DNA of 43,224 nt, from IMG/VR virus record IMGVR_UViG_3300032237_000972, positions 1 through 43,224 of that record. One strand, written 5' to 3'. Under the pieces are notes generated by a model. That model had not been told where the DNA came from. It was given only the letters and a program-made list of their open reading frames with translations, and did not search any database. The stretch's first letter is position 1, and each line of letters starts with the position of its first letter. The DNA comes from a virus (Duplodnaviria; Caudoviricetes). Both the position numbers and the translations under genes were made by a program. This document shows positions 8,934 to 20,900 of this stretch, one piece after another.

Positions 8934-11900
8934 TGGCAAGAGTCCGCACAGTTGACTTCCTGCCAGAGATATTCCAGACACCAGTCAACAGACAATTTCT
9001 TTCAGCGACGTTGGACCAATTGGTCCAGGAGCCTTCCTTTAAGAAAACGCAAGGCTATGTAGGCCGTCGTGTTGGACCTGGTGTTAATCCTGAAGATCGT
9101 TATGTAGTTGAACCTACTACTAGTCGTCGAGATTACCAGCTCGAGCCAGGCGTTATTGAAATTAATAAAGAAAATAGCAAAGAAATTATTGATGCAATTA
9201 CATATCCTGGCATTACTGATGCATTAAAACTGCAAGGTGCCGACACTACTAAAGCGGATCGCCTTTATACTAGCGAATATTATACCTACGATCCGTTTGT
9301 TGATTTTGATAAATTTACCAACTTTGCTCAATACTATTGGTTGCCGGCAGGTCCTTTAGCAGTTGACGTAAGTGCTACTGCTATTCCGTTAACCGATGAC
9401 TTTGCTGTAACTCGTGCCAATGGAGTTTATACGTTCAGTGGCGTTACTGGTAACAATCCAATTATAACTTTAGTACGTGGTGGTAATTATAATTTTAATG
9501 TTGCGCAAAATGCCACTGAAACTATAAACTTCCGGGTAACAAATAATGGTATTTCATCTTATACTATTGACTACGAACCAAACCCTACTTTAACTTTAGT
9601 ACGTGGCAATACCTATGTATTCAATCTAAACTTAACTGGTGTTTTTCCGTTTTACATTAAAACTATTGCCAGTCTAGGCAATATCAATACTTACGACTCT
9701 GGCGTTCTTCGTAACGGAGCCACCACAGGAATTATTACATTTACTGTCCCTCAAGATGCACCAGACACATTATACTATTCTAGCGCCAATGAATACAATC
9801 TGCGCGGGCAAATTAATATTATTGATGGCACACCTGGTACCGGCCCCGGTTTTTGGATTCAAACCGATCCAGGAGTAAATGGTCGACTACCATATGCACC
9901 AAACATTAGTAGCCGTGATGTTTTAGGAGTTATCAACAACGGCGAAGATCTTGGTACAGTTACATTTGATGTGCCATACAAAGATGCACAAAGTTTTTAT
10001 TATAGTTTACCTACAATTGGTAATATTTCTGGAAAGCCGTCCGGCACAGTAGATCTTGTGACCACTCTTGATTTTAATCAAATTAATAATCAATTTGTTG
10101 ACACATTTAATCAAGTTAACAACGGAATTGATGGCATAACATCACTCAATGGTCGAACAGTTGTATTTTTAAATCAAAATTTAGATCCAGAAGGTGGCGG
10201 ATGGCAAGTTACTACTCAGTTTGATCCGTTGGTTGAAGCGACAGTCAATAATGGATTACCAGGAAGTTTTGATTCTGTAGCATTTGATCAAACCACTGAT
10301 GTTCCACAAGATCAATACTACGACGTTTGGCAAATACAATACAAATATGATACTGATGGTCAAGCCTACATGGTATTGAACAATGTATTGTCAGTTAGTA
10401 ATTTAGAAAAATTTAATATTTTGTTTGGTACTGAATATTCTAGTACCAGTTGGTATAAAAATGCCTCTGGATTCTTTGAAGAAATTCCTTTGCTGACAGC
10501 AATTAAAGATGTTCTGTATTATCAAGACGGCACTGATCCTGAAATCTTTGGACAGATTCGTTTAGTTGATCCCGAAAACAACGCCACCATCGACATCAAC
10601 GAAATTATTGGTAGCCCTAACTACACAGCACCAAACGGGGTGATATTTACTAATGGATTGAAAGTTGTATTTCGCGGAGATATAATTCCTACCAGTTATC
10701 AAGGCAACGAGTATTATGTTGAAGGTGTAGGCACCGCAATTAAATTATTACCGGTTAGTAACTTTATTACTCCAGAAACCTACACACAAAGCGCCACGGT
10801 GCCATATGATAGTACTCCATTTGACGTGGGTAACTTTGATGCAACATTAAATGCGCCAATCATTCCAGATTATCTCACAATCAATCGTGCAGACTTATCT
10901 TTGAATCCTTGGACTCGTAGTAATCGTTGGTTCCACATTGATGTAATCAATGCGTCTGCCACCTACAATGATACTGTAGCAGTGGTTGATAATTTACAAC
11001 GTGCTCGTCGCCCTATTTTAGAATTCCGTGCTGGCACAAAGTTATATGATTTTGGTACTGAGGCTATAGCACCGGTTGACATCATTGATTTTAATGTTAG
11101 TGATGCGCTGAGTGTTGTAAATGGATCTCTAGGGTATGGAGTAGATGGATATACCTTTATTGATGGAACCACAGTTATCTTTGCCGCAGACACTGATCCA
11201 AATGTTAGAAATCAAGTGTATCAAGTTGAATTTATTACACCCGATACTGTACCTCCGTTGATTGCTGAACCGATTATTAATCTTACACCAGTATATTCAA
11301 CTCCGGTAAGAGTTGATCAAAACGTAGTATGCCTCAGCGGAAATACCTTGCAAGGACTAAGTTTTTACTTTGATGGTGTTGAGTGGATTAGTACTCAGCA
11401 AAAAACAAAAACAAATCAGGCCCCATTGTTTGATGTGTATGACACCGATGGGATCAGCTTTGGCTATAGACCCAAATATCCTAGCACGACCTTTGCGGGC
11501 AGCAAGTTGTTTAGTTATGCTACTCCTAGCACAGCAGCTGAGACCACAATTACCAGCACACTTAACGATCCTGTGCTAGGTTTTCAACTAACCTATCTTA
11601 GTCTAACCAATGTAGGCGACATTGTATTTGACAATAATTTGTATAAAGATACATTTGTTTATGCTCCAGACTCGGTTGGTACAACTGTTCCAATCAGCAC
11701 AGGATTTGTTCGCCAATACAGCAATCGTATTACCTACTCTCGAGAAATTGGTTGGCAAACCGCAGTAACCAAAAGTCGTGCTAGACAACAGTTTCAGTTT
11801 ACCTATGATGGTAAGCCTCTGCTGTTAGATGTTAAAGTCATAGACAACAATGTGGTTCCTGCGGTTCAATTATATGTAAATGCCGCCTTTCAGGAAAGCT

Positions 11901-14900
11901 ACAATTATAACGTAGCAACAACAGACACAACCACAACAATCACATTTAATACGGTATATGTACTGGGCGATATTATTGAAGTGGCTGTGCTAAGTGATCA
12001 AGCTAGTGCAGTTGCATTCTACCAGGTTCCGACTAATCTAGAAAACAATCCGCTGAATGCCAATAGTCCCTCGTTTACTCTAGGCACCTTGCGTAATCAT
12101 TACAATACTATTTGTCAAAATTTAATTGACATAAGTGGTCCAATTAACGGTGCCAACAATAGCCGTGACTTAGGTAACATTATTCCTTACGGTCAACAAA
12201 TTTTACAACAGTCAGCTCCGCTAACCTTGTCTGGCTATTTCATGCGCAGCCAACAATATGATATTTTTGCGGCCTTGGATTATAACAGTAGAGAATACAT
12301 TAAATTTAAATCAAAGTTGTTAGAAACAGTAATTAGTAACGATTATGGAACAATGACCATACCCGAGATACTAGATGCGGCCATTGCGGACATTACGGTA
12401 GGGCGCACAGATATCAATCCATTTTATTGGTCCGACATGTTGCCTACAGGATCAGTTTATACTGAAACCAACACCACAGTTACAGCCATAACAACCTCAA
12501 CATTTAACACAGTACAAACCTATGATTTTACCAGTGCTAACTATCTTGGCTTATTGGTTTATCTAACTAGAACGGTTAATGGACAATCTGTTACTACTTT
12601 GTTAGAACGTGATGTTGAGTATGTTGTAAGTCCAACTGGCCCCCGATTAACTATCAGCGTTCCGTTACCAGTGGGTGATATAGTGAGCATTCGAGAATAT
12701 TCTAACACTGCCGGTAGTTTTGTTCCAAACACTCCAACTAAGTTAGGCCTGTATCCTAAGTTCCGCCCTGCAATTTTTTACGACACCAATTATGTAAACC
12801 CAACAGTAGTGATTCGCGGGCATGATGGTAGCATCACTGTAGCATTTGACGACTACAGAAATGATATTTTATTAGAATTTGAAAAGCGCATCTATGATAA
12901 CATCAAGACTGATGGAAATCCTATTCCATTAACCATCGATGAAGTCATGCCAGGATTCTTCCGTACAACAGATTATACACAAGCAGAAATTACTACAATT
13001 CTTGGAAATAGTTTTTTATCGTGGGTGGGTTGGAACAAATTAGATTACAAAGCTCAAGATTATGTTGCAAATAATCCGTTTACTTACAATTATAGTGATG
13101 CCGGCAATAAGATCAACGAAGAACCGTTGCTTGGTGCATGGCGTGGCATCTATCGTTACTTCTACGATACAGAAAGTCCAAATTATACTCCATGGGAAAT
13201 GTTGGGCTTCAGTGAACAACCAGATTGGTGGATTGACCGCTATGGTCCAGCACCGTACACTAGTGACAACTTGGTGTTGTGGGATGACCTCGAAGCTGGT
13301 GTAGTAGCAGATCCAGTGGCATTTTATATTCGTCCAAACTATCGTCGCCCTGGTCTGACCACAGTTATTCCGGTTGGCAGCGAAGGAGAGCTCCTAAGTC
13401 CATTTGAAAGTGTTGTAGGAGCATATGATCCTACTGCTTTCCGTAAGAGTTGGCAAGTTGGCGATGGTGGCCCTGTAGAAGCCGCATGGTGGACAAGTAG
13501 TAGCTATCCATTTGCTGTCATGCGTTTACTTGCACTCACACGCCCAGCAGAATTCTTTGCCTTGTTTGCTGATAGAGATCTTTATCGTTTCAATGTTGAG
13601 TTAGACCAATATTTGTATAATGGTCGATATAGACTAGATGCTAACGGTATTCAAATTTACGGTAACGGCGTAAGCAAAGCCAGTTATATTGATTGGATCG
13701 TTGACTACAATCAACAATTAGGACTTAATAGTACCGATAGCCTAACAACTGCCTTGGCAAACCTAGATGTACGTTTGTGCTATCGCATGGCTAGTTTCAC
13801 CGACAAGCAGTACCTACAAGTTTATACAGAGCGGTCAAGTCCAAATAGTTTGAACAGTAGTTTATTATTGCCAGACGAAAGTTATAATCTTTTATTATAC
13901 AAGAATCAACCGTTTGCCGATATCACTTACAGTGCCCTAATTGTTGAGCGTGTAGTTGATGGTTATGCAATTTACGGCTATAGTACCATTGCACCATATT
14001 TCCAAATTTTAGCCAGCTCAAGCAATGGAGTATTACAAACAATCAGCGCAGGCGGAGCCACAGTACGTGTGCCAGCACAATACACTCAAAATATTGTGCA
14101 AATTCCATATGGATACACATTTAATAACACCACAATGGTGGTTGATTTTATTTTAAGTTATGGCAAGTACCTGGAAACACAAGGCTTAATATTTGATGAT
14201 CAAGAAAACGGATATACATTAAACTGGAGTCAGATGGCAGCAGAGTTTTTATATTTTAGTGAGCAGGGCTGGACCGAAGGCACCATGATCAATTTAAATC
14301 CTGTGGCCACAACACTTCGAGCCTACAGAGCCGGCGCCATAGTTGACACTATTGTAAGTCGAACTCCCGAAAACATGTTGCTGGATCAAAATCGTGGTAC
14401 ATTGGCTACAAGAGACCTAGTTGTACAACGCTATGGTAACGATTTCACCGTTAGTTCAACTACTAATCAAACAATTAGTTTCTTGCAATTAAGATTTACT
14501 AATTATGAAAACATGGTGGTATTAGACAATGTTAGTATCTTTAATGATTTAATATACGATCCTACCACTGCCGCTAGACAGAATCGCATTAAGATTTCTG
14601 CCAGCACCAGCACAGACTGGAATGGTCAGCTGGATGCACAAGGATTTGTGCTTAATCAAAATAATGTTAAAGAATGGGTACCAGATAAAAAGTATACCAA
14701 AGGCGAAATAGTTTTTTTCAAGAATCAATATTGGCAGGCAATGAGCATTATTCAACCCAAAGACAGGTTTGATTTCCAGGACTGGGTCAAGAGTAATTAC
14801 AGTGCAATACAAGAAGGCTTGTTGCCTAACCTTGCCAACAAGGCAGATCAATTAGCCAACAGTTACAATATTAATAGTGCAAATCTTGAACGAGACAACG

Positions 14901-17900
14901 ACTTGCTCAGTTATGGATTGATTGGATTTAAGCCACGCGAGTATATGGCAGCCTTAAATCTTGATGATGTTACCCAGGTCAATTTATATCAACAATTCCT
15001 AGGAACTAAAGGCACTATAAGAGCTGCAGAATTGTTTACTCGTGCCGACCTAGGCAAAGAATCCGGAGAATATAACATTTATGAAAACTGGGGTGTATTG
15101 GCGTCCACTTACGGGGCTAATGCTAACAAGAGTTTTTATGAACTACAATTAAATGAAGCATATCTACAAGCAGATCCTTCTACTATACAGGTTATCCAAC
15201 CACAAGAAACTAGCGAAGCCGACCAAACTGTATTCTTAAGTAATATTTGGCGTAGCAGTTACAAATTAACCTCTACGGATATTTTACCAACAACATATAC
15301 AACCGATCCGGAAACTGCACTACCTAGTGCAGGATATGTCGACCTTAATGATGTAGACATTACAGTTTACAGCTTAGACGATCCAGCAAACATTGCTGCA
15401 TCCATTGGAACTATCGGCATTGGTACAACTATCTGGGTGGCCAAGGTCAACAGTTACAACTGGGGAATTTATCGTTGCAGTGAAGATCCAGGCACAGTGA
15501 ACCAAATACAGGACAATCTCAACGGAACGGCCATTGCATATTTTACCAAGCCGCATAATCTTAAAATTGGTGATTTAATTATTTTACGTTACTTTGGCAA
15601 CGAAGACGGTGTATATCGAGTATTGGGTGTACCTTCTATATCGTCGATCACCATTGCTATTAGTTTTTACAACACTAATCAAACCAGTGTCACTGGTACT
15701 GGCTTGGCATTTTATTTAGAAAGTCAACGAGTTAATCAGCCTAGTGATATTCTTAATTTATCATACGTAAAAGATCTAGTGCCAGGCGCAAGAGTTTGGG
15801 TAGATAATGACACAAATGGCCACTGGGAAGTATTAGAAAAACAAAGTCCATTTGATGCATTACAAATTTTGCTACCTATTCCTCCAGTATCTAATAGTCG
15901 CTACGGTGCAAGCCTTGCTCAATCTGCAAATCACTTTGCCGCCTTGGTAGGTATGCCAGGCACCGGTAGTGACACTGGAATTGTACACACCTATCGCCGC
16001 ACCGATGATACTAGTTATGTAGATAATGTTATATTGACATTAAATGCAACCGATGTAGTTGGGTTTGGAGCAAGCGCCGACTGGGGCAATCAAACATGGT
16101 CTGTGGTTGGTGCACCTGGAAGTAATAATAATGCAGGATATGTGAATACTCTATATCTAGTACCAGCATCAAATGATTACAAGCAGACTCAACTTTTAGT
16201 TGCACCCGATCAAGACTTTAATGCAATTAAATTTGGGTCAGCAGTAACAATCAGTCAAGACGAACGCTGGATGTATGTTTCTGCACCAGCCGCTAATCGA
16301 GTATATGCTTATGGTAGAGTTGATGTAGAGGCACAACAAGTATCTTATATAGCAGATGGTGTTACCACCTACTACAACTATGCTGATACTATTGAAATTG
16401 ATTTTAACTACCCAGAACAATTAATTGTAACACTAGGTACTATAACATTAATCTATCAAACAGATTATGTGATTGCCGGCAATAATGTAATACTTACTTC
16501 GGCTCCTGCACTTGGACAAGTTGTAAGAATAACGCGACGCACTGCCGTTCAAATTGATCAGCAGATATATTATAACATTCAACCAAATTCTAGCACTGGA
16601 TCTGGATCTGGAGTGGTGTTTACCGTGACCAATACCCGCGGCGTTTATTTCCCCACACTAACCAATGCTGGCGTAAATTACAATGCCGGAGATGTGTTGA
16701 CTATTAGTTACACACAAGTTTGCCCAGCCGGCACTATTGCTAACGACTTAACTATTACTATCAACAGCGTGTACTCCGGCGGCGTAATTAATACATTTAC
16801 CCCAACCGGCAGTGGTATTGATGACACCGCAACATTCCAGTTAAATCCATACTTGTATACCGCCAACAACATATATGCATTTACTGTAGTGGTAGATGGA
16901 GTATTTCAACGTCCACACATTGATTATGATTTTAACAACGACAGTACCGATACAACGTACGATATTACATTTGAGGCAAGTTCGTTGCCGGTGCCCGGTG
17001 CAACAATTTCTGTAATTGCTGATACTTATTGGCAATATGTTTCCACAATCACAACTACAACCGTCGGCGCAAATCCGCAATTTGGTGCCGCCATAAGCAC
17101 AGGGGTAGATGGCCGTCAACTTATTGTTGGTGCTCCAGGAGAATCGTTTGATTCAGTTCCTGATTGTGGTGCTGTGTATGTGTTTGATCGCAGTGTATTT
17201 GCATATCAAATTACTGATACAACGCAGACAACCTATGCTATTCCAGGAAACTTTGCCGAGCCAGTTGCTGTTTTGTTAAACGGGTCGTTCTTAACAAATA
17301 CCGACCAATACCTAAATGGACAATTTACAATTGACGGCACCGATGTAGTACTATCATCCTCGGTTGCGCTAACTGTTGGTGATGTATTAGAAATTGAAAC
17401 CAATGAGTTCCAGTTATTAGAAAAATTTACGGCTGGCTATACCGCAGCTCAAGCAACACAATATGCTACCGCAGTTAAATTTGCACATGCTCAAGACATG
17501 TTCTTTGTTGGTGCACCTCGCGACACTAATATTGCTGTTCAGTGCGGATCAATCTATACCTATGTAAATCAAGCCAAGGAATATGGTGTTATCACCAGCA
17601 CCATTGCCAACCCTACATTAACCATCGGTAACGACCTTCGCATTAATGATTTTGCAGTTACGGTTCCGTCAGCTGATATTGCAGATTTGGTTGCCTTAAT
17701 TAATTCTTCCAATATTCCAAACGCTATTGCAACATTGACCTCAAACGTGACGTTGGTAGGCAATGGATACACTAAAATATTTGATGTTGGGTCGATCTAT
17801 TCCGCCGCTAGTGCTTACACCACTGTTGTTTATGTTGATGATGCATTGCAAGTGAGTGGTGTTGACTACACTTATAACAATACCACACAACAAATTAACT

Positions 17901-20900
17901 TTGTCACAGCACCTGGTGCTAAGTCTGTGATTTTAGTAGTGTCGGGACGTATGACTATCAGCGTTAAAAATGCAGTGGCCGCCGAAGATAAAAATATGTT
18001 AACTGTTCTTCCTGGCACAACCGGAACCGCCTTTGACGATCTTGGATTTAATACCTATGTATTCACACAAGAAATTAAACCGCCAATTGCCCAGGATTTT
18101 GCATATTTTGGTACATCCATTGATATTAACACCAATGGATTAAATTTAGTAGTTGGTGCTTCAAACGCCACTGCCATTGAACCAGTAATATTTGATGGCG
18201 GCGAGACATATTTTGATGATCGAAGTACCACATTCTTCTCACCAATTGTAAACAGCGGTGTGGTCTATACTTACGATTACTTGCCAAGCACCAACTCATC
18301 GGTTAGTAATCCCGGAGCCTTTGTATTTGGCCAACAAATTTATAATACAACAGGTAGCACAAATGATCAGTTCGGGGTTGCAGTTAACTATACCGCTGGA
18401 CGTTTATTAGTCGGGTCACCGGGCAGTGATTTAGGAGATAGTAGTGTAAACTATGGTGAAGTTCTTGTATATAATAATTCTAACGATGCTTTGGCGTGGG
18501 CAGTGATTAGAGCACAACAACCGGCAGTTGATACTAATTTGATCAATGGTGTGTTTGCCTATGATAGGTTAACATCAAAAACCACAACTTATTTTGATTA
18601 TATCAATCCATTGCAGGGTAAAATACTTGGAGCAGCCCGCAGAAATATTGATTACATCGGTGCTGTAGATCCTGCCCAATACAACGAGGGCTCAGTTCAC
18701 AACAATGGAAATAGTTGGGCCGGTGAACATCTGGGAGAAATTTGGTGGGATACCGATACTGTTAGATTTATAGAGCCAGGCCAAGATAGCATTAGCTATG
18801 CAAGTCGTCGGTGGGGACAATTATTCCCAGGTAGTCGAGTCGACATTTACCAATGGATTGGCAGTAGTGTAACTCCTGTAAACTATACTGGTACCGGCAC
18901 TCCGTTGAGCACTACCAGCTACACTGTAAATACTGCACTCAACAAACAAAATATTATTGAGACCACTTACTATTTCTGGGTACGCGGTATTACTACAATC
19001 GAAACTGGTGCAGGGAAAACACTTAGTACCACAGGCATTGCCAGCTACATCGAAAGCCCACGCACCAGCGGTATACCTTATTTGGCTGCTATCAACTCTA
19101 GTACAGTGGCAATTTATAATGCATTAGATTTAATTAGTGCTCAAGATACGATTTTACACATTGGTTATGATCGTCAAGCCGAAGGCGGAGACAATAATAT
19201 TCATCAGGAATATCAATTTGTTGCCGACGGTCGGCCTGATAGTTTCTTAAATGCCACATTATACCGCAAATTACAAGATAGTTTCTGCGGAGTTGACGAG
19301 GCCGGTGCCTCTGTTCCAGATCCTACACTTAGCCCCTCAGAACGGTATGGTGTACAATTCCGTCCACGTCAGAGCATGTTTGCCGATCGATTTGCCGCAC
19401 TAAAAAATTATCTAACTCGTGTAAATTTAATTTTATCTCTGTATCCTATTGTTGAAAGTAGGAGTTTTAATTTATTAAACAGTCGAGAACCAGAACCCAG
19501 TGCAAATTCTGGTGCTTGGAATAAACGTGTAGCCAACCTTGAAGAGCTTGGCTATCAACAGCTCGACACCGTAGCTATTGGATATCGGTATCTTGTAGTT
19601 AGTGATAGTAGCCAACAAGGCCGTTGGACCATATATGAAGTTGCGCTAGGAATATTACCAGGCGAGAGAATTTTAAACTTAGTTCGCATTCAAAATTATG
19701 ATACCCGTTTATACTGGAAGCACATCAATTGGTATCGGCCAGGATACAACAGCACTATCCAGCCTGTGGCTCAAGTTCCAAACCGTAGTAGCTTGGATAC
19801 GTTGACTTTAACCGCGGCACCCATTGGTAGCAGCGTTAAAGTTACAGCCAACAGTCAGGGCAAATTTGAAATTTATTTGAGAGAATTAACTGGATGGGCT
19901 AGAGTCGGTCTCGAAGACGGAACAATAGAATTCAAAGAAGAACTTTGGAATTACTCTGTTGGATATTTTGGATTTGACGTTGAAGTATTTGATGCACAAT
20001 ATTTTGATCAAGAACCAGTAATTGAGACTCGTAAGATTATCCAAGCCATCAATGACGAATTGTTGATTGGCGATTTATTGATTGAGCGTAATCAAGCATT
20101 AATATTAATGTTTAAATTTGTGTACAGTGAATTTACCGCTCCTGAGTGGTTAATGAAAACTAGTTTAATTGATGTGGATCACAAAATACGTGCTCTGTTA
20201 CCGTTCCAAGTTTACATGCAGGATAATCAAACATTTGTGTTAGATTATATTCAAGAGGTCAAACCATATCATGTTCAGGTTCGCGAATTTAATTTGGCAT
20301 ATTACGGCCAAGATACTTATCCTGGTAATTTAACCGATTTTGATGTACCAGCTTATTGGAATTCTACTTTAGACATTCCACAATACATTAGTCCTGTATT
20401 GTTACCATATGATCATGCCAGCACTACTATTCAAAATGATGTTAGTGACACAGAATCTAATGCCGAAATATGGACCGCAGACCCATGGAAACAATGGTAC
20501 AATAACTATCTATTAGGTATACAAAGTGTTACTATCGTTGATGGCGGTACTGGTTACTTTAGCGCACCAGAAGTAGTAGTCACTGGAGATTGTGTTACAC
20601 CAGCGGTAATGACTGCAATAATCAATAGTGCTGGGCAAGTAGTTTCTGTTGATATTGTTAGCCCAGGCGCCGGATACAGTACCACAGCTATTCTAACTTT
20701 TGTAGGAGAATCTACTACAACCGCAGTGGCCGTGGCATTAATGGGCAATGATCTAGTTCGATCAATTAAAACTGTAATCAAGTATGACCGGTGTGAGTAT
20801 ACCACTACTTTAGTGGAATGGCAACCAAACACCACCTACAACAATGGCACATTGGTTCGTTATGACGATCGAGTATGGGAAGCAAATAATACCACAGGCC

